64,000 bases of DNA. Origin: an uncultured Nitrososphaerota archaeon. Lineage in GTDB: Archaea > Thermoproteota > Nitrososphaeria > Nitrososphaerales > CADDZS01. Each line of letters begins with the position of its first letter. The stretch's first letter is position 1. Shown piece after piece: positions 52,483 to 62,347 of the stretch. Made by a program: the position numbers and the translations under genes. The DNA is taken from positions 992,001-1,056,000 of the forward strand of contig CAWCYI010000004.1 of the NCBI GenBank assembly GCA_963799845.1, given 5' to 3'. Below the pieces are notes generated by a model. It worked only from the letters and a program-made list of their open reading frames with translations, searched no databases and had not been told where the DNA came from.

Positions 52483-54581
52483 TCAATAAGGGCAGGTGCT
52501 CCCCACGCACCCTCCGGAATATTCAGAATCAGCTACGACGTGTTTATCTCCATGTTGCTTTTCTAGCGCGTTAATTGTAAGTACCTGTTGAGACTTGCTT
52601 CCGTATCTGTAGACTGTAATTCCTTTGCAAATCAACCGCCAAGCCAGCAAGTAAGAATGCCTAACATCTTCGAGGCTGGCGTTCTGGGGCAGATTTACGG
52701 TCTTTGATACCGCGTTGTCAACATATTTTTGAAATTCTGCTTGAATTCGGACGTGCCACTCCGGAGAAATATCTAGGGCCGTCCTAAAAACATTCTTCAC
52801 ATTGGAGGGAATTTGATCAGAGCCCTGAACCGAGCCAGTTTCGGCAATCTTGAATATAAGATCCGATGAAAAGAAACCGCTTTCAATTGCAAGTTCTTCG
52901 AAGAGCTTATTGACTTCCAAGAGCTTGGTTCCCTCCATAATGTCCCTCACGAATGAAACAGCGAATAGAGGTTCGATTCCTGATGAACAGCCAGCAATGA
53001 TACTTATCGTTCCTGTTGGCGCTATGGTTGTGGTTGTCGCATTCCTCATCGCCTTGTAACCTTCTGCGTACCAAATGCTTTTTTTGAAATTTGGAAATGA
53101 TCCCCTTGACTCAGCTAGTTTCTGCGAAGTATCGTGTGAAGTTCCTTGAATCAATTTCATTAATTTGCGCGCCACCAAGAGCGCGTCTTCAGAATCATAT
53201 TTCACTCTAAGCATGATCAACATTTCCGCAAAACCCATAACACCCAAACCAATTTTTCTATTCGAGAGCGTAATCTTTGAGACTCGATTAAGCGGATATC
53301 TGTTTGCGTCAATTACGTTGTCCAAGAAGTGGATTGAATCGCGGACGACTTTTCGAAGTTTCTCCCAATCTAAGTCTCCATTTTTCACGAATTTTGTGAG
53401 GTTGATGCTCCCCAGGTTGCAGGATTCGTAAGGCAGTAACGGCTGCTCCCCACATGGATTGGTGGCTTCTATTGGCCCGACTCCTGAAGTTGGATTCGCT
53501 CGATTTATTGCATCAATGAATATCAGACCCGGGTCTCCGGTCTCCCAAGCTTTCGAAACAATCATTTCAAATATTTCTGAAGCCGAAATTTTTGCGACAG
53601 CTTTAGAGTTCTCGGATTAACAAGATCAATCTTTTTCCCGTTTAGCACTGCTTTCATGAACTTGTCATCGACGGCTACAGATATGTTGAAGTTTTGGAGA
53701 AATCCTGGTTTTGATTTTGCAGTTATGAATTCCATTATGTCTGGATGGTAGGCTGATAGGATTCCCATGTTTGCTCCGCGTCTTCTACCCCCTTGCTTGA
53801 TCTCCTCAGTGGTTGCATCGAATATCTTCATGAAGGAAACTGGACCGGATGCCACTCCTCCAGATGTTTTCACGTAATCTCCACGCGGTCTCAACCGGCT
53901 GAATGAGTAGCCAGTCCCGCCCCCGCTCTGATGGACTAGAGCGGTTGCCTTGACCGCGTCGAATATGCTAGAGAGATTATCTTCGATAGGAATCACAAAA
54001 CAGGCAGATAGCTGCCCCAACCGGGTGCCCGCATTCATTAGCGTGGGGGAATTCGGTAGAAATTCTAGTTTTGCCATCATGTCATAGAATAAATGTTCAG
54101 TTTCCTGAACATCAGTGGATGAATTGTATCTTTTGTCAACCTCCGCAATCGTACGAGCGACTCGCCTGAACAATTGACTCGGTGTTTCAACGACATTTCC
54201 GTTTTCGTCCTTCTTCAGGTAGCGTCGCTCTAAAACCTTGATGGCGTTCAGTCCCAGCTTGAGGTCGTCGACAACGCCAACAAGCTTTTTGGAGTCTCGA
54301 ATACGTGCTCGCTCATTTCTGTAGAGTATGTACGCTTTTGCGGCACGATCAAACCCATTCTTGATCAAGCAATCCTCTACTATGTCTTGAATATCTTCGA
54401 CCGACGGAATCCGGCTCCGATACTTTGCGTTGAGGTCTGAAACAACTTGATTGGTCAGACTTTCAACTGTGGACTCAGAGTACTGATTCACTGAACGAAA
54501 TGCTTTGCCTAGGGCGTTTGCAATTCTATCTTTGTTGAAAGCCTGGATACGGCCGTTCCTTTTCTTTATCCTAGAAATCAA
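52483..54581 (-). CDS. nrdJ: Class II (B12-dependent) ribonucleotide reductase with ATP cone, NrdZ-like (indel near 53600)
   Basis: ATP cone IKKRNG..SVEDIQD; FLPNSPTLMNAG, SACFV, TNPCGEQPL..CNLGS, IAPTGTIS, C-terminal GGCVGSTC. Confidence 0.93.
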
Positions 54582-54634
54582 CTAAAATTCGCCACTTTTC
54601 CTTTATCGCCAAAGGCCGATGATGAGCAAAAGAA

Positions 54635-55075
54635 TCATTCGAAGATAGTTTGGTATTCAGCTCTTGCAGCCGCAGCAAGCATCGGCTCTTTTCTTGCCTT
54701 CGCACTCAAGAACTTTGCAAAGTCAGTAGTAGTGAGCATTCCGACAACTCGTGAATGGTCTCTAACTGGGAGCCTCCTAATTCCATTCTTTATCATGAGC
54801 TTCGCAGCCTCGGAAACCGGAGCCCGAGGTGAGATAGCAATTACGGGTGTAGTCATGATCTGCGACACTTGGGTCTTTTGGAATGATCTTCCTTCGGCAA
54901 CAACTCTGTGAACGATGTCTCTCTCTGTAACTATGCCAACAAGAATACCTCGATTCATCACAACTAGACATCCGCTGTGAACCTCTTTCATTCTCTCGGC
55001 TGCATTTTTGACGGTTGCATCAGGACGAATGGAATGTATTACATTTTTCGTCATCAGGTCCGTTACATTAACCAT
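54635..55075 (-). CDS. CBS-pair protein (Hrp1/Rv2626c-like)
   Basis: GIVTERDIV, IRRLPV, GMLTTTDF. Confidence 0.9.
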   Translation of the reverse strand: MVNVTDLMTKNVIHSIRPDATVKNAAERMKEVHSGCLVVMNRGILVGIVTERDIVHRVVAEGRSFQKTQVSQIMTTPVIAISPRAPVSEAAKLMIKNGIRRLPVRDHSRVVGMLTTTDFAKFLSAKARKEPMLAAAARAEYQTIFE

Positions 55076-55428
55076 AACCCAAAGACACTCTCCCGTAAGC
55101 AAAGACGGGATTCAGAATAAAGGTGAGCTAGACGATCATCAATAATGAGAACGCAATTTCTCTTGGCAAAACTCAGTTTGTGAAAGAATTACTCAATCAC
55201 GATTGGCTTTTGCCCAAACTGTCTTAATTCAACTAATTCCTCTTTTGCCAATTCATCCAGGTAATGGAGAGCCAACAAGGTATCATCTCTGTTGACAATA
55301 TCAAGTGCCATTTCAAGATTGGTTGTTATCCTGATTTGCAGCTCCTTTTTCAGTATTGATAATCGTCTACCGGACTTAAATCCCCGGGCTATCTTTGCAA
55401 ATCCTTGGAAAAGAGAGAATCATCGGAG

Positions 55429-57289
55429 ATGGCCAAAGTGAGCGATGCCGGTCAAAGTCAGAAAATCCTTGGAATAGATCTCGGAACGACAAATTCTGCT
55501 GGTGCCATAATGGAAGCTGGTCGTGCACTCACGATACCCAGTGCTGAGGGTCCAACTATAGCTGGAAAAATGTTCCCCTCAGTTGTGGCATTTACGAAAG
55601 AAGGACAACTGTTAGTGGGCGAACCCGCAAAGAGACTTTCTGTCTCAAACCCGGAATCTACAATATTTGAAATCAAGAGGAAAATGGGTACCGATTACAA
55701 AGTCAGAGTGGCTGGAAAAGAATTCACCCCACAGCAAATCTCGGCTTTTATTCTTCAAAAGATCAAGAAAGATGCAGAGAGTTATCTTGGATTTCCTATA
55801 AAAAAAACAGTAATTACTGTCCCTGCCAATTTCAATGATAATCAACGCCAAGCTACCAAGGACGCGGGGGAAATAGCGGGGCTTGAAGTAGTAAGGATAA
55901 TCAACGAGCCGACGGCAGCTTCTCTTGCCTACGGTCTTGACAAAGCTGGTAAAGATCTCAAGATAATGGTTTTCAGCTTTGGAGGAGGGACGAACGATAC
56001 AACTCTGATGGACTTTGGTGGAGGAGTCTTCCAAGTCGTTGCGACGAGTGGAGACACGCAAACTGGGGGAACAGACATCGACAGCGCAGTCGTAGAGTAC
56101 CTCATCGAAAGTTTCCGCTCCCAGACTGGCCTCGACCCTCACAACGATGTCACAGCCATGGTCAGATTAAAGGAAGCCGCCGAGAAAGCCAAGATCGAAC
56201 TTTCGAACCTCTTCACAACTGAGGTCAACCTGCCCTTTCTCTTAGCAGATTCGAATGGGCCAAAACATCTGCAGCTCACCATGAGCAGGGCAAAATTAGA
56301 GCAGCTCTCTCTTCCGATTGTGCAAAAAATACGCGAACCAATATTCAAGGTCCTGTCTGACGCAAAGATAGAACCGAAAGATATCGACAAAATAATCCTG
56401 ATTGGAGGGATGACGAGGATGCCATTAGTTCGAAGGACCGTGGAAGAACTGATGGGAAAGGTTGTTGAAAGTGGAGTTGATCCAATGGAGTGTGTAGCCA
56501 TCGGTGCTGCAATCCAAGGAGCCATTCTTGCAGGCGAAGTTCGTGATATCGTTCTCTTGGATATCACTCCCTTGTCTTTGGGGGTGGAGACGCTTGGAGG
56601 CGTGATGACCAGACTCATAGATCGAAACACAACCATTCCGACGAAGAAAAGTGAACTATTCACGACCGCAGCGGACTCTCAGACGGCAGTAACTATTCAA
56701 GTGCTTCAAGGCGAACGGCCGATGGCGTCAGACAATGTTTCACTTGGAATGTTCAACCTCATGGGCATACCTCCAGCGCCGAGGGGGATACCGCAGATCG
56801 AGGTTACATTCGATATTGATGCGAATGGAATCTTGAATGTCGCCGCCAAAGACCTTGCAACCGGAAATCAACAGAGAATAGCCATAACTGCATCGACAAA
56901 GCTTAGCGAAGAAACAAAGTCAAAGATGATTAGAGAAGCCGAGCAATTTGCTGAGCAAGACAAATTCAAGAGGGAAGAAGCCGAGATCCGAAACAATGCA
57001 GATTCTCTACTTTATTCAGCCGAGAAAACAAAGAAGGACCTTGGCGAAAAGATTAGCAAGGAGAATTTGGAACGCCTAGACAAAGTTTCATCAGAACTGA
57101 AACAGAAACTATCAGGAAAAGATGTCAGACTTATCCAAGCTGAAGATGGAAGAGCTCAACAAAGTGTTACAGGATATAGGTACTGCAGCTTATCAAAGAG
57201 TGGGCGAGCAACAGCAACGAAGATCTACAGATCAACCTTCGACTGAAGACAAGAAAGTGATCGACGCAGACTATCAGGTAGTCTCATAA
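55429..57289 (+). CDS. dnaK: Hsp70 chaperone DnaK (indel near 57140)
   Basis: [38 protein letters not shown]; shifted frame ends [11 protein letters not shown] at 57289. Confidence 0.93.
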
Positions 57290-57473
57290 ATTGTCACACC
57301 CAGCCAGCAACAGGGAAGATCAGAACAGTCTCTTGCACATTGAAAGGACTGAGCTGCTCAAGTTCCAATAACTTGTTTTATCTTTTCTGTGTCTGATTGT
57401 AAAGTCGCCTCCGCTACGATGAGAGAACAATTAAGGCGACTCACGTGATTCGGGACTGAAAATCCTTCACGAG

Positions 57474-57527
57474 ATCTTGAACGTCACCTTCAAAGACCTT
57501 GCAATGGGAAATCAACAGAGGATATCC
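57474..57527 (+). repeat. Degenerate 54-nt copy of dnaK segment 56830-56883
   Basis: 46/54 nt identical, no gaps. Confidence 0.75.
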
Positions 57528-57773
57528 AATCGTGGACTGACGGGCATGAGTTCTCTTTCTCCATTTTCAATTCACATAGGATCGGTTCTCTTAGAGACAT
57601 GTTGTAGCAGCTGAGAACAAATTTTGATCCGCGCCTAATCATTGTTTCCTTATCCAGTCATTTGAGGGACACAATCATGAGACACTTTTCGATTCATATT
57701 TGCACAAATTATTACAAAAAATACATATCCTATAACTAAGATCAACTCGCTATCGAAAAAGACAGGGAAAAGT

Positions 57774-58001
57774 ATGACTGACAGTCACGCTTTCGTAATC
57801 TTAAGGATCCATACCAATTCTCCAATCAGAACTTCAAATTATGACAGAATTGAGGAAGGAATAGCTGGCTTAATCGGGGTTAAGAATGTTCAAATCAATT
57901 ATACAACGAATTCGATAAAAGTGGGCTATGATCCTAAATTACTTAATGTCGAGACGATAAGAGAAAGATTAGAGGAACTCCAAAAATCAGCTTCTCGGTA
58001 A
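57774..58001 (+). CDS. HMA-fold-like protein lacking CxxC
   Basis: RIEEGIAGLIGVKNVQINY..IKVGYDP..IRERLEE; no Cys. Confidence 0.6.
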   Translation: MTDSHAFVILRIHTNSPIRTSNYDRIEEGIAGLIGVKNVQINYTTNSIKVGYDPKLLNVETIRERLEELQKSASR

Positions 58002-58075
58002 CTTTCAAGGAAAAATTTATGGCATGGGCACGAGTTATGCCGTCGGCATAATTACTGGTCGTCTCTATTTTAGGA

Positions 58076-58672
58076 ATGCATATAGCACGAACCACTAATG
58101 CGATTCCACCCTTGAAGCAGAGCAAATCTGACCGTACGATTACTAGGTCATTTCGAATTAGTGAGCACGCGCTAAAGGCGATCGAAGAAGAAGCAAAGAC
58201 TCACAACCTTAGCGTCAGTACCGTCATAAACCAGCAGCTTCTTGCTTTTGCCGATTTTGACCGCTTCGTCCGAAGGTTGGGTCTCATCAAAATCTCCTCT
58301 GGCACGTTTCAAAGACTCATCCAGGTAGCTCCGGACAAGGAGATAGAGGAAGCTGGCAAGGATGCAGGAGCGGATACGCCAAAATCCATCATACTTTCTA
58401 AAGAGGGGTCTCTCAACCTTCAGACTGCCATAACTTTCTTGCAATCGGTTTCAGAGTATGCAAACCTGTTTGAATACGGCGAAGTTGATTCTGGAGGCAA
58501 GAAAATAATCACCCTACTTCACAGACTTGGACCGAAGGGAACGCTGTTTTTCTCCAGTTACGTACGCTCGCTATTCGAGCAGATCGGCTATGTCCCGAAG
58601 ATCTCTGGATCGGAACATTCTGTCACAATCGAGATTGTCCTAGAACAAATGACGCGAAACGGTTCGTTTTAG
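58076..58672 (+). CDS. RHH-domain protein of a type common in Nitrososphaerota
   Basis: TITRSFRISE..EEAK..SVSTVINQ, followed by an alpha/beta C-terminal domain (H.LG.K.TLF). Confidence 0.65.
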   Translation: MHIARTTNAIPPLKQSKSDRTITRSFRISEHALKAIEEEAKTHNLSVSTVINQQLLAFADFDRFVRRLGLIKISSGTFQRLIQVAPDKEIEEAGKDAGADTPKSIILSKEGSLNLQTAITFLQSVSEYANLFEYGEVDSGGKKIITLLHRLGPKGTLFFSSYVRSLFEQIGYVPKISGSEHSVTIEIVLEQMTRNGSF

Positions 58673-58752
58673 CACGTTCTCTTGCAATTTGTTGCCGAAA
58701 ATACATCAGCCTATTATATCGACGTACTTCACACGTGAATCGGTGGTGGAGT

Positions 58753-59172
58753 ATGGCTCTGGTTCAAGAAGTTGAAAGAAAAGATGCGGTCTTGCTTGCG
58801 ATGTCGGACGAATACATGCTAAAGATTTTGTGTTCAATAATGTCTGAAGCAAAATCTGTCGAGAAGATTAGTAGCGAAAATGGGATTCCATTGAGCACTT
58901 GCTACCGGCGGATTCGAGAGCTTCTTGCTTTCAGGTTAGCCAGAATAGAGCGCACGATAATCACCCCTGGAGGAAAAAAATACGAAACTTTTAGAAGTTT
59001 GATTTCTGACGCAAAGGTCAGTTTTTCGGCAGCAGACCTATCTGTTGAGATTACCCCCCTGAAGATTAGTCCCGAAGATAAGTTGCACAACATGTGGAAG
59101 ACGGCGAAAGGGATTGATCAAGAATCGTTAGAGCAGCAATCTCTGTCGGTCCTCGAAGTGAGAGCCCAATAG
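58753..59172 (+). CDS. ArsR-like winged-helix regulator
   Basis: KIL..I..AKSVEKIS.ENGIPLSTCYRRIREL...GKK. Confidence 0.8.
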   Translation: MALVQEVERKDAVLLAMSDEYMLKILCSIMSEAKSVEKISSENGIPLSTCYRRIRELLAFRLARIERTIITPGGKKYETFRSLISDAKVSFSAADLSVEITPLKISPEDKLHNMWKTAKGIDQESLEQQSLSVLEVRAQ

Positions 59173-59187
59173 AAGGGTAGAAGCAAG

Positions 59188-59382
59188 ATGTCACAGATAC
59201 AAGTACAAAAAACCGTGCGTTTGAGCTATGCTCCCTGCGCCAAGTGTGAAAAACATCCAAACTATCCGGAATTGCTACCCGTGACTCTCCATAAGGGCGA
59301 CACATGCCTAAATTGCGAACAACTTCTTGAAACAATGCCAGTCTCTAATAAAACTAATCGAGTAGATTCCATTTTTGAATAA
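59188..59382 (+). CDS. Small CxxC...CxxC zinc-finger protein
   Basis: CAKC and CLNC; operonic spacing after the wHTH gene. Confidence 0.6.
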   Translation: MSQIQVQKTVRLSYAPCAKCEKHPNYPELLPVTLHKGDTCLNCEQLLETMPVSNKTNRVDSIFE

Positions 59383-59553
59383 GGATGGTCAGCTGGTTCG
59401 TCGGAGTTTGTCCTGCGATACACAGATATTTTCATAGGGAATTCAATTCGTATTCGAGACCAAGCTGGACAAGTATGTGAATTGTAAGTCGTCAGCAGCT
59501 CTGTCGCAGTTAGCTGCTATGGCTATTCCAGATTCCTATAGCGCGTTCATTTT

Positions 59554-59751
59554 TCAAAAACCAACTTTCTCCAGCAGTTTGAGCATTTCTTCGTCTCCTC
59601 CGGCCGGTGGCTTCCAGTCCACATTAATCACCTCAATGTTCTGAGAATGCAGGTCATCTGCGAATGTCGATATCCCGATATTCACGACTTTCAGTTGTTC
59701 TGCCAATAGATTCGTTTTTTTCTCCTCTACTCCCTTCTTACTTTCAATCAT
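59554..59751 (-). CDS. Stand-alone FdrA C-terminal/YahG N-terminal-like domain
   Basis: LKVVNIGISTFADDL..Q.IEVINVDWKPPAGG. Confidence 0.75.
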   Translation of the reverse strand: MIESKKGVEEKKTNLLAEQLKVVNIGISTFADDLHSQNIEVINVDWKPPAGGDEEMLKLLEKVGF

Positions 59752-59776
59752 CTTAATCCAAACCTTTCCTCTGGAA

Positions 59777-61336
59777 TTACGATTCAATGCTCCTTCCGGT
59801 CGCAATGAGACCCGCGAGCTTTGAAGCCTGAACGTTGCTTGGCATGATAAGTACGTCAGCATCAACGAGACTTTTCTCTTGTTTTGCAAGATCCTGAAAG
59901 TCACCATCCGTCCCAACAATGGAAGCAACAAAGACTAGATGGCGGCCGTTATTTTCTGCCAGATCTCTAGCTTTGAGGATAACCGGAACAAGCTGCCCCG
60001 CAGGATCGGGATTCGAACCGTATCCTAGTTCCACATCGAGAAGAATGACCGCGGTCTCCGGATCCTTGGCTTCTTGGAGAATCCGCATGTTCCGCACGGT
60101 AAAGTCCATCATTGGATGCGCCCTTCCCACGACAAACTCCTCGGCGCCCATATCTATGCATGTGTGCTTCTTGCTCGGCGCATCGCCAGGTACTTTGTTC
60201 TCCGCGTTGATTGGCGCATTCGAGTACACGGTGCCGATTAGCGGTTCGAGAACAACCTGTGATTCATAGCAAAGGGTTCCGCCCGAAAAAAGACCGCGAA
60301 CGTATCTTTGGCTCCCAGCGAGCTTTTCATGTTCCCCCAACCCGAGAAGGACTATTTCCTTTGAAAAACGGTCTACTTCACCGAAGGACTTTACACCGGA
60401 GAGTTCACAAGCAACTCTTGCTGCATCTTCAAGAGTATTTGCGAGTCTAAGCTGCCCGAGCATTCTTTGATCTACATTTGCTCCAAGAAAGTTCACGAGA
60501 ACAGGCTTCTTGCACTGTTGGGCGACTGTCAGAACTTTTTCCATCGCGTTCGGACCGGGCGGCTTTGAGATGAGCACTATCATTTTTGTTTGTTCGTCTG
60601 CCTCGAGCATCTCAATCCCCTGAATCATTGTTATTCCTCCGACCACTTCTGAGAGGTCTCCCCCGCCTGTACCGATAGCTTGCGATATCCCGAAACCGCT
60701 CTTATGAATTAGAGTGGCAACTTCTTGCAAGCCGGTTCCAGACGCGGAGACTAGCCCAATTGAACCTTCGCGAATTGTGTTTCCAAATCCCAATACTTTG
60801 TGATTGATTATGGATGTTCCGCAATCGGGACCCATGACTAAGAGTCCCTTGTCCCGTGCCACTTGCTTGAGATTAAGTTCGTCTTCGCGTGAGACATTGC
60901 TGCTGAATAGGAAAACATTCAGACCTCTTCCCAGCGCCTTCGAGGCTTCCCTCTTCGCGAACTGACCCGGTACCGAGATCACGACCAAATTAGCATCTGG
61001 CATCAACTCAAGCGCATCATCGAGCGACGCTGGAAGTGCTTTCTCCCCAGCCGGTTTCTCGCCTGAAGAAAGAAGCATTTTATCTGTCTCTACTAGAGCA
61101 GAGTCAAGCGATGCCTCGTTTTTGGCCCCGATTGCTATGATCATATCGTCGCTCGCTGCCCGATCGATCGCGGGATCTTTGAACCCGGCTTCCGATAACA
61201 CACGACGGTTCAACTCGGTAGCCATCACAACAGCAGCCTGCGTGACCCCTGGCAGTTTGGACAAACCGTCCGAGATTTTCATTAGACTGATTGAGTCTCT
61301 GTAAGTCGCTTTCTTCACGAGTACTTTGGTTGTCAT
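59777..61336 (-). CDS. fdrA: FdrA/YahF family (succinyl-CoA synthetase alpha-like) protein
   Basis: YRDSISLM, ISVPGQFA, MGPDCGT, ASGTGLQE, GLFSGGTLCYE, GRAHPM. Confidence 0.9.
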   Translation of the reverse strand: MTTKVLVKKATYRDSISLMKISDGLSKLPGVTQAAVVMATELNRRVLSEAGFKDPAIDRAASDDMIIAIGAKNEASLDSALVETDKMLLSSGEKPAGEKALPASLDDALELMPDANLVVISVPGQFAKREASKALGRGLNVFLFSSNVSREDELNLKQVARDKGLLVMGPDCGTSIINHKVLGFGNTIREGSIGLVSASGTGLQEVATLIHKSGFGISQAIGTGGGDLSEVVGGITMIQGIEMLEADEQTKMIVLISKPPGPNAMEKVLTVAQQCKKPVLVNFLGANVDQRMLGQLRLANTLEDAARVACELSGVKSFGEVDRFSKEIVLLGLGEHEKLAGSQRYVRGLFSGGTLCYESQVVLEPLIGTVYSNAPINAENKVPGDAPSKKHTCIDMGAEEFVVGRAHPMMDFTVRNMRILQEAKDPETAVILLDVELGYGSNPDPAGQLVPVILKARDLAENNGRHLVFVASIVGTDGDFQDLAKQEKSLVDADVLIMPSNVQASKLAGLIATGRSIES

Positions 61337-61338
61337 TT

Positions 61339-62347
61339 TTATCTCACAATCTTTCCTAAACTCAAGAAATTGCAACTTGTGCAGAGCATTGCCCCTAGAA
61401 CAATTCCTAATACGCCATCCGTTCCCGAAGTCTCCCCGACCGAAAGTAGGCGCCTAGTTTCTAAGCAGACTGAATTGATTTCCTTTGTAAGTATCGCTTC
61501 GCAGAGTCTTGTCACCGATTCATTCCCCCTTCCCAAAGCTGCCTGCGCCAAGTATTCTTCGCTAAGTTTCGTCGTTCGGTTCTTGATTTCTCTTGATATT
61601 GCCTCCGCAATCAGGCGACTTTCATGCACAGCTCCGCCGGTATTTTTGGAATAGAGAAACAGAAGAAGAATGAGAGCAGCGAGCATGTCATCGGAGGAAG
61701 GTGTCAGCCCCGGGCCGAGGCCGATGAGTTCGCGCACCGACGCTCTTCAGCTCGTCTTCATTCAGCAACTTGATAGCATGTAGAAACCCAACTATGCGGG
61801 GCAGAGCCGAAGATGCAAAAATATTGAGACTCTTAGTGTGTACGGTATCCGCAGCTGCATTTGACTGGAACAGCGGAAGTAACTGCCCCAGCCCCGCCAT
61901 CTTTCCAAAATTAAGAGCAGTTTTCGCAGTAACCTCGATATTCGATTCAATCTCACTCCTCGGGAGTACTGGGTGAGAAAATGTGGTTATTGGTGAGTAG
62001 ATTTCTGCAGAACGATATGAAAGCCAGCATCGATCACCGAGCTTCAGGGCATGAGCCTTCACCGATACTTCGTCGCCCGCCCTAACTCCGAGCTGAGACA
62101 TTCGACACGCCCAAATTGGAAGCTGCAAAACGACGTTTAGAGGCCCCCTTTCCACCGAAGGTGTAACCAAGCTCACGAGCTTGCCATGAAAAAGTATATT
62201 GATGGCTGAATCAAACACCCCGTGAACCACGCCTTTCCTCGCTCTTTCGATGCGCGAATAAGCGACCTGTCCGATAGATGATGCTTCAAGAATGGGAGAG
62301 GCATTGGCATGTTGAGTTTCCTTGAATGTTAGGGCATTGGACATCAT
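61339..62347 (-). CDS. DUF2877 (YlbF/YahE-like) protein (indel near 61740)
   Basis: VHGVFDSAINI, LIGLGPGLTPSSDD, GETSGTD. Confidence 0.82.

Noticed and set aside
52483-54581. A naturally two-part NrdJa/NrdJb or intein-split RNR
   Set aside because: The break is mid-barrel and repaired by one base (LKAVAKISASEIFEMI); no intein motifs or extra length.
55178-55196. Rex-like box TTGTGAA...
   Set aside because: Only one half-site matches the TTGTGAA-N4-TTCACAA consensus.
43556-57289. Provirus or integrative element carrying RNR/PolX
   Set aside because: No integrase, capsid, terminase, att/tRNA site or obvious compositional shift seen.
1909-62347. About 12 split genes (cyclase, DrrA, phosphodiesterase, RHH, DOMON-like, membrane protein, NiCoT, CoxL-like, PRT, RNR, DnaK, DUF2877) read as pseudogenes or programmed frameshifts
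   Set aside because: Each is a single indel, often in a homopolymer, in otherwise intact and functionally unrelated genes. This is best explained by long-read consensus error; read polishing would confirm.
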